A stretch of 46,609 nucleotides of DNA, from positions 47,435,488 to 47,482,096 of the forward strand of contig NC_069000.1 of NCBI RefSeq assembly GCF_001194135.2, written 5' to 3'. Positions 1 to 14,149 of this stretch are shown here, piece by piece. The notes under the pieces were generated by a model. It saw nothing but the letters and a program-made list of their open reading frames with translations, was not told where the DNA came from and did not search any database. Origin of the DNA: Octopus bimaculoides. Its lineage: Eukaryota. Made by a program: the position numbers and the translations under genes. Numbering within the stretch: the first letter of the stretch is position 1; each line of letters starts with the position of its first letter.

Positions 1-35
<35 letters not shown>

Positions 36-157
36 GTTGGTGCAAACAGGAAAAATATAAGTCAAAATATGAGTATACATAAATTTTCATTATTCAGCAG
101 AAGCAAGAGAGTGATTCAAGATCCGGGAGTTTCGTGCACATAAGAGCTAACACACAG

Positions 158-191
<34 letters not shown>

Positions 192-437
192 TGTGTGCGC
201 GCGCGTGCGTGTGTGTGTGTGTGTGCGTGTGCATGTGTACGTGTGTGATGTTTTTCTTATTTTGAACTTGCTTAAAATTAGAAAATTGCCATAAAGGTTG
301 AGTATGGCACTTACCCAATTTTGGTAAGTACCATGCTTCAAACTTTTGTAACTTTCTGTAAATTAGAAATTATAAAGTATGTCTATTCATGTATTGCCTT
401 CTCTCTTTCTCTCTTCTTTGTCCTACCAAGCCTAAAT

Positions 438-475
<38 letters not shown>

Positions 476-3396
476 ATATACACACACACACACATATGCA
501 GAGCTGCAACAAGTTAGCACGGCTGTTAACATATGTCGAAAGTAATGGTCATATTTGATGAATTGTAAGTGATTGGTCATTGTAAGGTGGTCAGTAGGCA
601 CCAGAATAGTCTGAGAGTCAGGCAAGTTTGTTGTGGCAATTGTTCCAACTTTCCTTGTTTTGAGTTTAAATTCTTCCAAGGTTATCTTTGTCTTTCATTT
701 TTTCTGGGTCCTAAATCCATTAACTAGTCCAGTACCGGAGTTGTTTCTTCTCTCTCATCCCCAACTCTTTTAGAATGGCTGTACTGTGAGGGGCAGGGGT
801 CTTCAGGTAGTACTTCTTAAAAAAGAGACAAGGGTTAAACAAGGGGTTAACTTCTTTTCTGTTAAATTTTCTGCAAAAATTGTTGAACCATATGAGAGAA
901 CAGATTTGGAGGGACTAATGTGCCATTTCACATGGAATGGTTGGATGATGATGATGATTTCAAATTTTTGGCACAGGGTCAGCAGTTTTTGAGGGGAGGG
1001 GCAAGACAATATACATCAATCCCAGTGCTCCGAAAGAATGAAAGACAATGTTGATCTCAGTATGTAAAGCCAAATGAAAAATGCCACTAAGCATTTTGCC
1101 TGGTGTGCTAACGATTCTGCTAGTCTTGCCATCTTGATGACGATGATGGTGATAGTAATAATCCATTCTGCTATAGCCTGAAATTTTGGTGGAGAGAGGA
1201 CTGGTCAATTATGTTGACCCCCACAAAAGGACAAAAGGCAAAGTCAACCTTGGTGGAATTTGAACTCAGAGCATAAAGATGGGTGAAATACTGCTACTTT
1301 CACAATAACAATATTTAACATAGATTTGTTTTCATAAATGCATTCCCTGTGGGTTGGAAGGGAGTATGATGATTGCTTTTTCCAGATGGGACAGGTTGGG
1401 GGAGGGGGTGATGAGTCCTCAGATCACCATTTTCTGGCATAAATTAAAGTGGTTAATTTACCGATTCTCCCTTCACTAAAATGCAGCCATTAATGAGACA
1501 ACCTAAATCTATGACCAATATTTCAATGACCTATAAATTTTCTTGACCCCCCCCCCCCCGCAAGGCTCAGATGATACTCAGTCTTCAACAGGCCCCCAGT
1601 ACTTAGCAGGAGCTCAGTCTTCAAACTGATTTTGACTGGTTTGGTATTAGAGCCGACCAAATTTCTTTGCTAGGCTCAAAAGTATATTAAACTGTTTTAG
1701 TTACAGAAACGTTTTACAGACGACATCGCCATTTTGTTTGTCTTTCATTTTGTGATGCATCAGAAACTATTTCTTTCCCAGATCTGTTGGACCTCCATTC
1801 CATTCCAATGGAGTTCGACTGACTCAACAATGTTGAAATATGCAAATGAAAACCATTTAATCCTCCGCAAGACATTAATTAATGGTTGTTCATTTTCTTG
1901 ACAGCTGCCTGCTCGTCTTCCTCTAATCAGTCGTTTAATTAGGTCTTAAAAGACTGATCCGTCTCTTTGGCTGTAGTTAACGTCTAATGTTCACAGTAAA
2001 TGGCCAAATACGGAAAGCTGGATATCTTCCTGTTGAGAGTCCCAGATGAACCTACCTCACAGCAAGAGGTGCAAATGAGGGTAGCTACATGAAACTTCAT
2101 TCTTCACCAAGTGCCACATATTAGAGGAGGCTCTCAGCAATAACAGTGTAGCAAAACGGCGGTGCACCAGCATGGCCGCAGCTCTGAGCTGAAACTACAG
2201 AAAAAAAAAATACATATACATACACATGTACTAAAGCTGTCTGTTGGAGGTGGGGGTGCATTTTTGTTTTAATCATGAGGTATGAGACAGAAAAACAAAA
2301 CAAAAAAAAAACCAGATCAATAACGAAATCTTTTATACAGATTGCAATTTGTTGGAAAGTTGCCATTTTGGAGACAGAAAACAAATTGTATATTAATCTC
2401 TGAACAGTCAAAACCTAGAACAAAGAAGCAAATTAAAAACAATGTGACCCATCTAAAAATTCCTTCATGCTTTTTGCTATGTTCACTTTTGTAAAAACAA
2501 TAAAACCAATGTCACCCCCCCCCCTAACTGACAAAACCTGCTCCTCTTTGACCTACCAAGGTCATCCATCAACCCGCTGTACTGTTGACATGCTTTCCTT
2601 ATATGGTATGTCGTCATTGTAGTCTTATTATTTATTCTCTAATTCTTGCCTTTTGTCTTTCTCCCACCTCCACCCTACACTCCCACCCACGTCCACTGTC
2701 CTCCCACCCTCTCACAATTTCCTCTCTTTCTTTCACATTCTTCGGAGGGACCACCACCTTCTCCATTAACTTCACAATGTCCTCTCATCCTCTTTCTTTT
2801 CCAGACCTTTTATATTTGTCAGGCAGTTGCTCTCTCAGTCTCTCTCTCTCTTTCTCCCTCTCTCACACATACACACAAATACATTCTCATGCACAAACAC
2901 AATCTCTCACATACACTCTCACTCACCCTCATACATATCCTCACTCACACTCACCCTCATACATATCCTCACTCCTACAGCCTACCATTTTGTCTTTCCA
3001 TTACAATTATTATAATTCAGGTTTATTTTGTACCTCTTTCCCCCCTCACACGTTAAGTGTTCCCTCTCCCAATTACTCTTTACCTCCCCTTCTCCTCTCT
3101 CCCTCCTCTCCTATTGTCATCTCCCTTTTCCACACACACACACACACACACCAAACTGACATCAATTGTTCCTTCATGGTTTTTTGTTAAATTCCTGTCC
3201 TGGGAAGACAGAATCACTAACCCACCTGACAAATAAAAGATGTCAGTAATTTTAGTTTAGTTTCCACTTGCTTTGGGGTTCAAATCCTGAAGTGGTGTTG
3301 ATTTTTCTCATCCATTCCACTGGGTTTATTCAGAAATATCAGTAAACTATAGCTGAATCAAATAAAACCCTTTCCCGACTCTTTCCCCTAATTTTT

Positions 3397-3759
3397 CTAC
3401 TGTGGAGTGCTAACAGCACCACCCTAGCGGGATCACTGCCAGAGCAGCGGTAGCACCATTTGAGCGCGATCATTTCCAGCTTCGCCTTACTGGCACTTGT
3501 GTTGGTGGCATGTGAACAAAACGTTGGGCTGACTCCTGTGCAGGTAGCACGTAAAAAACACCATTTGAGCATGGCCATTGCCAGTACCGCCGGACTGCCC
3601 CTCGTGCCTCTGGCATGTAAAAAGCACTCACTACACTCTCGGAGTGGTTGGCGTTAGGGAAGGGCATCCAGCTGTAGAAACTCTGCCAGATCAGATTGGA
3701 GTCTGGTGTAGCCATCTGGTTCGCCAGTCCCCAGTCAAATCGTCCAACCCATGCTAGCT
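3397..3759 (+). mobile_element. RTE-derived 3' UTR copy
   Basis: Same sequence as 21890-22290 (gcaccatttgagc...ggcacgtaaaaa units; cactacactctcggagtggttggcgttagggaagggcatccagctgtagaaactctgccagatcagattgg). Confidence 0.85.
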
Positions 3760-4446
3760 TCCTTTTTCGTACTCATAAAGCATTATGTGCCTCAAATGCT
3801 CTTTGGATACTTCCTAGTTAGAAAGGGTTTTAATCAAAGAAATTTTAATTCTATTATTCTGTAAAATAATATTTAATTAGTTTAAATGTACACAAAGGCA
3901 CAAAAATAATTTTAAATTCCATTAGACATTCTAAAATACTATTAAATTGCGCTTAATTTTANNNNNNNNNNNNNNNNNNNNNNNNNNNNNNNNNNNNNNN
4001 NNNNNNNNNNNNNNNNNNNNNNNNNNNNNNNNNNNNNNNNNNNNNNNNNNNNNNNNNNNNNNNNNNNNNNNNNNNNNNNNNNNNNNNNNNNNNNNNNNNN
4101 NNNNNNNNNNNNNNNNNNNNNNNNNNNNNNNNNNNNNNNNNNNNNNNNNNNNNNNNNNNNNNNNNNNNNNNNNNNNNNNNNNNNNNNNNNNNNNNNNNNN
4201 NNNNNNNNNNNNNNNNNNNNNNNNNNNNNNNNNNNNNNNNNNNNNNNNNNNNNNNNNNNNNNNNNNNNNNNNNNNNNNNNNNNNNNNNNNNNNNNNNNNN
4301 NNNNNNNNNNNNNNNNNNNNNNNNNNNNNNNNNNNNNNNNNNNNNNNNNNNNNNNNNNNNNNNNNNNNNNNNNNNNNNNNNNNNNNNNNNNNNNNNNNNN
4401 NNNNNNNNNNNNNNNNNNNNNNNNNNNNNNNNNNNNNNNNNNNNNN

Positions 4447-4482
<36 letters not shown>

Positions 4483-4889
4483 CCACACACACATATATAT
4501 ATACTCTTTTACTTGTTTCAGTCAGTTGACTGCGGCCATGCTGGAGCACCACCTTTAGTTGAACAAATTGACCTCAGAATTTATTCTTTGTAAGCCTAGT
4601 ACTCACTCTATCTTTTGCTGAACTGCTGTGCTACGAGGAGGATGTAAACACACCAGCACCGGCTGTCAAGTGATGCTGGAGGGGACAAACCCAGACACAT
4701 ACACACATATATAAGTATATGTCCAGAAACACTTAGAAATGAAATCACTGAATCTGATGCAAAAACAAAAACATGGACATGAATTGGAGAAAGCAACCTC
4801 TCAGATGTCATGTAGGATCTACTTAAACAATTTCATTTTTGGTACACTTCCTCCAATTACAACATCAGATATAATTATATATATGCATA

Positions 4890-5335
4890 CACAAAGTGCA
4901 TCTCAGAAGATTTGAGACTTTTTTCAGGAGAGACATTTCCTAATTTCCAAGAAGTACTAAACTCTAATCTCTTCCAGAGTAGTTTCCTCTGACATCAATA
5001 CACTTGTTGTGGTGCTCCAACCACTTCATGAAGGCCCCCATAGAAGTCTTCTAAAGTGAAGGTGTCCAACACCCCCGTCACAGCCTTCTTCATCTTCAAA
5101 ACGACTGCCCCCTCCTTCAGACTGGGGACACAAGCAAATGTCACAGAGAGCAAGCTTTAGACTGTAGGGAGACTGAAAAGGAAAATGGTGATACTCTTTT
5201 TCTGTCAAATAGTTGGTTACCTGGATGGAATTGTGGACAGATGCATTGTCCTGATGCAGGTACTCTGGTCTTTTGTGATGAATTCTCTTCTTAAGTCTAC
5301 CTTCTGATTCCTGTTGTGAGGAGGTGTACATAAGC
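4890..5335 (-). mobile_element. Mariner (DD34D-type) transposase 3' fragment
   Basis: Minus-strand HQDNASVHNS...QSPYSLKLALCDI (degenerate HDNA / PYSPDLAPCDF motifs), followed after a frameshift by FMKWLEHHNKCIDVRGNY, a typical mariner C-terminus. Confidence 0.75.
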
Positions 5336-6834
5336 AGTTGTGACGTTCATGCCTTTCCCAAAACAATTATCTGTCGGTGAATGGAACAGTTACAAGGAAG
5401 AGCTGAAATCCAATCTTGATATCAACAACTTTTTTACTTCTTGCATATATTAATACATAACCATAGCTTATATAAAAACCAAAAGTCTTGCTTAAGGTCT
5501 CAGTGTTAAAACAGAAAGATTTCCTTTATTCTAAAAGCCATTTTTGTCTTTTAACTTTTTTTACTGTGTCAACCAGCCCAGTTTACTTAGCTGTAAGTAG
5601 GTACCACGGTGTGCACTTACTTCGCAGTACCCTATCAAGGTACTGTCTGTATAACCAAAGTACCACAACTTCACTGTAGCTATGACAGCCAGCTTGTCTG
5701 TGGCGTTGTTATGTCAGGCGTCCAATTGACTTTCTTTCATAAAATAATGTCACTCGTCACTCAATTATTTCTTCATTGGGACACCTCCTACTCCCCCCCN
5801 NNNNNNNNNNNNNNNNNNNNNNNNNNNNNNNNNNNNNNNNNNNNNNNNNNNNNNNNNNNNNNNNNNNNNNNNNNNNNNNNNNNNNNNNNNNNNNNNNNNN
5901 NNNNNNNNNNNNNNNNNNNNNNNNNNNNNNNNNNNNNNNNNNNNNNNNNNNNNNNNNNNNNNNNNNNNNNNNNNNNNNNNNNNNNNNNNNNNNNNNNNNN
6001 NNNNNNNNNNNNNNNNGGTGGGAAGAGAAGCAGGATATGGCGTCATGAGAGTGCTTCAAGAGAGGGGGGAATGAAGGGGGGAGGTGGTGGAGAGCAAAAT
6101 GCATTAAATAATAGGGGGGGAGAAGAACAGAATTAAAGAACTGTAGAGAGAAACAATTAAAAACAACAACAATAACAGCAACAAGAACAATATTTGTTTC
6201 TAATTTAGGCAGGAGGTCAGAAATTTTGAGGGGAGGGGGAGTTAGCCGATTACACTGACATGCCTCCACACACACACACACATCTGGTTCTTTGTTTTAT
6301 TGGCCCTGGAAGAATTTTATGGCTGACTCTCGATCGATTCTACTTATTTAATGCCTTGAGTACAACAACAACAACGACGACAACAAGTTGCAAGCAATAA
6401 GGATGCCGACAGTTGCTGCAATTATAAAGCTGTCAAAAATCTGTTTGTGTGTGTGTGTGTGTGTGTGTATACATCTGTCTATGTATTTATGTGTGTGTGT
6501 GTGTGTGAGAAAGTATGTACTTAGTTAAGTAGCAGAATATTTTACAGAATGAAATAGAATATAAGATAAGGTCACAGTGTTGTGTGAGTGGTGGTGGTGG
6601 TGGTGGTAGTGATGATGGTGATGATGACAATAGTGGTGGTGGAGCTCTACGTCACTTGCAAGTGGTGTTATCACCGCTCCCCCCCCCCCGATCCTCTTCT
6701 TTCTCCGTTGCAGAATGTGTTGTGAAAAGACTGTTTTGTTGGCAAGGTATTTCTGTCGAAGAAACAATGGAACTTTTGTATTAAATAGCAACAAAGGGAA
6801 GATATTTTACATGAAGGGTTAAACAGCTGTACTT

Positions 6835-7085
6835 ATTGACTGATGAGTGATTGACTAATGATTGGTGACTGACTGATAAATTGACAGTGGATTGGCTGAT
6901 GCTAGGTGATTTACATCTGACTGATTCATAAACAATTGGCTAACTGATGATTGATTAATTCATGATTTATAGTTGATTGTTGATTTATGACTGGTTGATT
7001 GATTGAGTGGTGATTAAAAAATGGTTGAGTAATTGATAACTGATTGAAGATTGATCAGGCTGATTTACTAACTGTACTGATTGTG
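6835..7085 (+). repeat. Degenerate TGAT/TGAC tetranucleotide-derived low-complexity tract
   Basis: About 250 bp of tgat/tgac/tggt motifs. Confidence 0.75.
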
Positions 7086-7534
7086 TTGTTATTTAGCCCC
7101 TGGTCAATGTTAATCTAACAGATCTATGATTGAAAATGGTCCACACATGACCATCCTGTCTTGAATTCAGACATGGTGTTTAGCCCTAAGCCAGCCTTGA
7201 TACAGCTGTGACCATCTCCTCTTCAATTCAGGATTCCACCACCTCCTCAACCATTTTGACAACAATAGCTATTATTTTTTAATTGAATTTAAAATTGGGA
7301 TCCAGTAACCTATAGAACAATAACCCTCTGATGACATTATCTGCTACTGAATTAACATGATAGTGGTTGAGTATTCCAGAGACGTGTGTACCCTCAGCAG
7401 GGTTCTAAGGCAGAATCAGTATCACAAACACAGTGAATGTGGCAAGGCTTTTGTGAATTACCAGAATAATCCATTGAACAAGCTTCTGCATTCTCCCTCT
7501 ACTCTAATTTTATTCATAAGATGTCGGTTGACCC

Positions 7535-7566
<32 letters not shown>

Positions 7567-8478
7567 TGAGGCCATGCACTGTAACAGCGTGTCACTGCAT
7601 CCACCATTCGTTAGTTCTTCCTTACAATTCCTGACGGATGATGCCTTTGTACCACTCTGGCGACAACCTTCCAACCCATGGGTCTGTTTTTGTGTAGCCC
7701 TTACTGGTGAGGGTTTTATGAGGTTGGAGTGCGAATCCTGCCTCTTCTAGTCCCCGTAGAGGAAACAGTGGGAAACCTGACTCATCCTGATATATGGTAC
7801 ACATCCTGATATATGGTACACTTCCTCTTGTTCCCACAAATCCTCTGCTAAAACAAACATTCACATGAACACCTACGTAAGTGCTCCACTCATTAATTTG
7901 GCAACCATTTTAAGTTGTAAATCTTTGTTGTCTGGAAGTGCTTTGTGTAGTCATTCGGGTCAAATTGCCAAATTATTGAGCAGAGCACCTACGCAGGCAT
8001 TGATGTGGATTTGTGGGAACAAGAGGAAGCATTAGAGACTGCGTACCATTTATCAGGATGAGTCAGATTTCTTGTAATTTCTTTGTTGTCTTTTGTGAAA
8101 ACCAGCCAAGTTCGCAGCTCAATTAACTTGGCTCTTAATTAGAAAAGAACCCGTCCAACCCAAGACAGCATGTAGGAGTGGATGTGAAATGAGGACAAGG
8201 ATGATCTTTCATTCATACATGGTTTATCTTATGAAGGGGAGAGGGTTGGGTAACAGCTAGAGCATTTTGATCATAGGTGTGCCACATGATGGCACACCCA
8301 GGGTTAAACTACAACAACAACAAACTACTGCACTTAACATGCTAGAAATAGCAACTGAATCACACTCAAATCAACTATACTACATTCAGAAAGAAGCAAC
8401 ACATTGGTTGATCATGTAATCCTAGATGCACTTTGCTGAACCCAAACCAGTATGAAAAATGGATGTAAAATAACAATG

Positions 8479-8520
<42 letters not shown>

Positions 8521-8719
8521 ACACACACACATATTCATACATGTGTGTGTATAAATATACTGACGTACACATGCACCTATATATTTATGTGTGCATATGT
8601 GTATATATGTATGCATGTTTGTATGCATTTTCAGCTGCCTAGTGCAGATAAGTGAGTCTATTTGTTGCAAATTCAGTTAATCTTTCACAATAAACAAGTT
8701 GTTATCTACCACACACACC

Positions 8720-9854
8720 AGCTCCATAAATAAACTATTGTCTTAACAAACTCCAAGATGTGATGTATATTTAGCTTAAAACATGCTGAGTGTTCTCTTA
8801 ATTACTGTGGCTTTGTTGAAGGTTGTTACACTGTCACAACAAACTCACTTCTCTTTCATTTTCATTCAGATCTGTCTTAATATTAAATGCTAGCCATGAT
8901 GTTATTTGAAGTCAAGTGTTCTAATTAGGTGTGTTTAAAATAGTCTTAATGAGTATGTCTTAACCCATGATTGACAACGATCTCTCCAAGGCAATCAGGT
9001 CCATGGGAGTGTCTGAGTTTCTTATCAGGTAAGTAGTGCATGAAGACATTCAGTATTCCTCATACAAGATGAGAAAGGGCCAATTTTTATCACAAGCCAT
9101 CAAGGACAAGAGGAAAGACCACACTACGAAGTTTTTGAACAAACTCAAGCATACTTTGGTTTTTCTCAGATGAGAAGAATTTCTGCCAGGATCAGATGGT
9201 GAACACAGAGAACAACTGTTGGCTTACTGTGTCCCCCAAAACATGTACCGAGAGGGATAAACATCAAACATCCAGTCAACATCATTGTGTTTGGAGTGAT
9301 CACTAGTGATGGTGACGTTATGCCTCCATTCGACTTCTCACACAGCTTCAGACCCAACACGGAAGCCTACATCAAGTGCCTGGAGGAGGTAATGCTGCTC
9401 TGGGTCAAGAGGGTGGCTGCTGGAAGACTATGTCTGGCAACAGGATTCTGCACCATGCCAAACAAGCAGCAGAACCCAGTCATGGCTGTCAGACAATTTC
9501 TGCGACCACATCTGGTCACCTAACTCCCCAGACTGCAACCCTCTTGATTATTATGTGTGGGGTGCAGTTGAGTAAGAGACCAACAAAACTCCTTCTTACA
9601 CCAAAGATGAAGGCAAGGATTATGGCAGCATTCACCAATTTAGACAAGGAGACTGCCCAGAAGAGTTGCAGGAGATTCCAAAGTCGTCTGGAGGCCAAGG
9701 TTGAAGCCAATGGCGATTTTATTGAATAAATTTACTCTTTAGTATTTCAAGATATTTTCATGTAATTTTGGTAAATATATCTGTTAAAATGAGATGTCAG
9801 TGATATTTTCATTTTTGCATAATTTAGACGACAATTTATTCACTGCACCCTGTA
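8720..9854 (+). mobile_element. Decayed Tc1/mariner-superfamily DNA transposon, maT (DD37D)-like
   Basis: Frameshifted transposase pieces: FSDEKNFCQDQMVNT, VFGVITSDGDVMPPF, QQDSAPC..SWLSDNFCDHIWSPNSPDCNPLDYYVWG, KARIMAAFTNLDKETAQKSCRRFQSRLEAKVEANGDFIE. Right end ...cactgcaccctg followed by TA (9853-9854). Left boundary approximate; left TIR not found. Confidence 0.85.
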
Positions 9855-9960
9855 TGTATGTATGTATACACACACACACACACACACACAAAGTGAGGGT
9901 TTCATTTGTTTATTTTGTTAGTTAATTAACTAATTGTCTATAACTCAACCAATTATTACT

Positions 9961-10332
9961 CTTTACTCTCTTTTACTTGTTTCAGTCATTTGACTGCAGC
10001 CATGCTGGAGCACCGCCTTTAGTTGAGCAAATCAATCCCAGGACTTATTCTTTGGAAGTTTGCCGAACCGCTAAGTTATGGGGACGTAAACACACCAGCA
10101 TTGGTTGTCAAGCGATGTTGGGGAGTGACAAACACAGACACACATATATATCTGCATATACATATATACGACGGGCTTCTTTCAGTTTCCGTCTACCAAA
10201 TCCATTCACAAGGCTTTGGTCGGCCCGAGACTATAGTAGAAGACACTTGCCCAAGGTGCCACGCAGTGGGACTGAACCCGGAACCATGTGGCTGGTAAGC
10301 AAGCTACTTACCAAACAGCCACTCCTGCGCCT
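9961..10332 (-). mobile_element. tRNA-derived SINE, family B (CORE-like central segment), near full length
   Basis: Minus-strand head aggcgcaggagtggctgtttggtaag (A box) ... ggttcagtccc (B box), then ggcaccttgggcaagtg (CORE-like), an internal (TA/TG)n tract, and a tail ending gactgaaacaagtaaaagagagtaaag. Confidence 0.85.
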
Positions 10333-11396
10333 ATTAAAATTTAAAAAGAAACATCCGGATTTTCCAAAGCAACCAGTAAAACTGTCTCTTGGAAGTTACT
10401 GCTATTGACTGATTTAATTCACTGTAGCACTTTCAAGATCTTACTGTTTTGTGTATGTGAACATGCATTGTGTGTGTGTGTGTGCACGTGTTATCAATCT
10501 CTTTCTATTTTAACATGTTGAGTGTTTGTTTTTTGTTTAAGCATTTCACTTCCATCTCCTCTGTTTTCTCTGATTTATTATTATCAGCCTTAACATTGTT
10601 GTGGTGGTGGTGGTGGTTTGCTGTGTTCTTTTGTCACAAGTATTGAATTCGGTGGTGGTGGTGGGGGGGTTGTTATTGTAAAGCAGGTCTTGTCCCTTCA
10701 TACCCCATCCCCCGTCTGTTTTAGTGTTTTTGTGTTTGCGAGTGACTTTCTGTTTAGTGCAAGTGTTAAAGGTGATGATGATGATGGTGGTGGTGGTGGT
10801 GGTGCCGGTGGCAGTTGTTTAAAGGTGGACAACAGAGTGAAGGCAGCAAGGAGCCGACCCCAATAGGGAGCTAACAATAAACAAATGGGTTTGAATGGAA
10901 AATTAAGGGACAGTGCAATGGTGCGGGAGACAAAAAATGGGTCACGTTTCCCACAGACCCTCTTTTCAGGTGTGTGTGTGTGTCCGACAATTGACTGGAT
11001 CCTATCAGTTAAATGGCTCTGAAGAAGTTATAAATATATCACCCGAGCACACAGCTCTAAGTGCAATGATTCTTATGGCAGAAACAACTGTAAGCTAATG
11101 GAAATGACAACGTAATATCCTGTTAATATTATTTGGTATGATGCTCTGTATTTAAGACAAAATCATTAGCATGCTGGGCAAAATGCCTAGCAACATTCCG
11201 TCCATCTTCGTGTTCTAAGTTCAAATTCCACTGAGGTCAACTTTCATCCTTTCAGGGTCAATAAAGTAAATACTGGTTGAACACCCAAAATTGCTGGCCT
11301 TGTGCCAAAATTTGAAACCAGTCTTGTGCTCTGGATTCATTGAATGCTTCTATTCTAACAACTGGGGATTAGCACTGCCATTCCTCAGTGGAATCA

Positions 11397-11427
<31 letters not shown>

Positions 11428-11939
11428 TTTATAGACTGTCCTGAATAGGTTGCAAGTAGGGGGGGGGAATCAGGAGCAANNNNNNNNNNCTGTCCTGAAT
11501 AGGTTGCAAGTAGGGGGGGGGAATCAGGAGCAATTTTAGGTTATGTAGAAGCATGACTTGACCTTTGGAGACATAATTGAATTATCTCTGTTCTACTGAC
11601 CTCCATAGAACTCAAGTTCCACTGAAAATGGTGAACCATATCTAGCTGGGTTTGATTTAGATGTGAGGATGAATACAAGATGAGAGAGAGAGAGAGATTG
11701 TACGACAGAAACAGAGAAAGAGGGAAAGAGAGATGTTGATTATCCTAAGTTTATTCTCGGTCATGGACCCTCCAAGACCCTTTTATCTTAAGGTGACCAC
11801 AGACATGAAATCTGCTTAAAACCAGCCAAAACCACATTTTTTTTTCTTTTTTTCTTTTCTTTGACTTGTTTCAGTGGAATGGAGACAAACTGTTATCAAA
11901 TACATGAAACACCGAATATCTATATTGAGTGCTACTTTC

Positions 11940-12123
11940 TTTTGTTTGTTCATTCACTTGTGGCCATGCTGGAGCACTGCTTTGCAAGTTTTAGTTGAAA
12001 AAATTGCCCCCAGCAGTTATTTTAAGTCTGCTATTTTTCTGTCAGTATCTGGTGGCTGAACAGCTAAGCTACGAGGATATAAACAAACCAACACCAGTTG
12101 TCAAATGTTATGGATACAGACAT

Positions 12124-12163
<40 letters not shown>

Positions 12164-12434
12164 GAGTTACGGAACATAAACACACCGAAACCTCTCGTTA
12201 AGCAGTGGTGGGAGGATAATCACAGACATACACACACGTAAATATACACACGTATATATATATATATGTATACAACAGGCTTCTTTCAGTTTCCGTCAAC
12301 CATATCCACTCATAAAGCTTTGGTCAGCCCAAGGCTATAAAAGAAGACACTTGCCCAAGGTGCCACACTGGGACTGAACCCTGAACTTTGTGGTTGGGAA
12401 GCAAGTTTCTTACCACACAGTCATGTCTGTGCCT
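11940..12434 (-). mobile_element. SINE family B copy with partial internal duplication
   Basis: Homologous to 9961-10332; the ctaag(c/t)tacg..taaac..acc segment occurs twice, separated by (CA)n. Confidence 0.8.
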
Positions 12435-14149
12435 GTGTGTGTGTGTATCCTGCCATTTGGCAGTGGTTGTTGGTTTGTTTACATCCCTGCAATCGTGTGG
12501 TTCAGTGGAAAGAAACCAAGGCTTGAAAATATGAACTGTTGATTTTATTCAATAAACTCCTTCAAGGGAATGCTCCAGTATGGCCACAGCCTAATACTGA
12601 AACAGGTAAAAGAATACACACACTTCCTCTTATTTTGTCTACACACACACTGTCAGATATCAACTTGTTAGCTGACAATATCTCCAGTGTTATCAGTTTC
12701 TAGGGCAACTATATATTTTTTTTTCAGTCCACATTATTTCCTCTTAACCCAAATGCTACAACTTACACTGGTCATTAACCCCTAAATCTACCCCCATAAA
12801 TAACTCTACACCCAGTCCTTTGTTAACCCTGTATCCCCATGTTTGCTTCATGGCTACATGTGGATATCTAATGAAAGAACATGTTGGATTTAAAAGCTGA
12901 AGCTGAATTGTGTGTGTGGAGGGGGGGGATTGTCAATTGGATGAGTGGAGATAGAATTTAAGAATGACAGAACAATGGATCCTTAATGACAAGACTACAG
13001 TTTTGGTGTCAAGTAATAGACTTTTGGGTGCCATTGTAATCAATGGTCAAACAGAAAGTTTTAAGAGAATCTTTTGCCAGAAAATACAGATTGCTGTATC
13101 TTGTGAAGAACTTTCAAATCTTGGATAATTAATAACATCCAAGAACTGAAAGGCCGTGTTGATCTCTATAAAGCTAATTAGATTAGATCAATATCGATTT
13201 CTATAAAAGCCCCTTCCCCGCTATGAAACATTGTCAAAGACTTTGGTGATATTGGAGTTGTTGTGGAGTGTGACCCTCAGACATAGATGTACTGCCATTG
13301 TCTGTAAAGGTGGCAAAGCATTCGTTAGCGAAAGAACCTTTTGAAAATATTAACAGCAGCAAATTTGCTGCTTGAAAAGATTAAATGAAGTGTGCATGCC
13401 TGCATGCGTGTGCGCACATGTGCTCTGTGAGTATTTTGTGTTATTGTTGAGTGTCAGGATTAGGGAAGATTGAGGGGGTCAAGTGATAGTGGTGGTGAGG
13501 TGAAGGGTTTGACCAGGTAGAAAAAAAAATAGACAAACCAGGTGTGGAAGGGGACTGGAGCTGGTGTAGGAAGAATATGGGGTAAGCAAATATAGGGAAA
13601 TAGAGATAAAGACAGAGGAGAGAGAGAGAGAGCATAAGAAAATGAGAAGCCGGGGGGGGGGGGGAANNNNNNNNNNGTTGTGTTATTCTCTAAAATCAAA
13701 AGATATCATGTGTGTCTACCCCCTCCCACACCACCATGGCAAACTTCATGCGAGATTAACTATAAAAAGGGGGGGGGGACACAAACGCACATACATACAT
13801 ACACCCGGATACAATGGCAGCAACAGTTGTCTTTAGAAATTGCAGTAAATCCAGATTTGTTGGTTTTATAGAACTATAGAAAGAAATGGAAACTAATATA
13901 TATTTAGTGATCTGCATGAATGATTTTGTGTGTGTGTGTGTGTGTGCATATGAAAGGGAACAAGAATCAATAAATGAACCGTTTCATGATTTCTGAGGTG
14001 ACTCCATTAAATAAACGCCACTCAACTGATTCCCTCCGCTGCTCGTTCAACCATGACCCACACCAATGTACAAACACTGGGGAAAATATCTACATTGATG
14101 ATGGTCGTCGTTAAGTGAGGGTTAACATAATTAATAATATAAGGAGCAG

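Noticed and set aside
9961-10332. tRNA gene (A/B boxes present)
   Set aside because: The boxes belong to SINE heads followed by CORE-like and tail segments; no full cloverleaf is present.
11436-11533. Exact 44-bp direct repeat flanking a 10-N gap (possible TSD or tandem duplication)
   Set aside because: Identical sequence on both sides of a minimal placeholder gap is the signature of unmerged overlapping contig ends.
13355-13372. Perfect 18-bp palindrome agcagcaaatttgctgct
   Set aside because: Expected by chance with non-negligible probability in 46 kb of AT-rich DNA; no supporting context.
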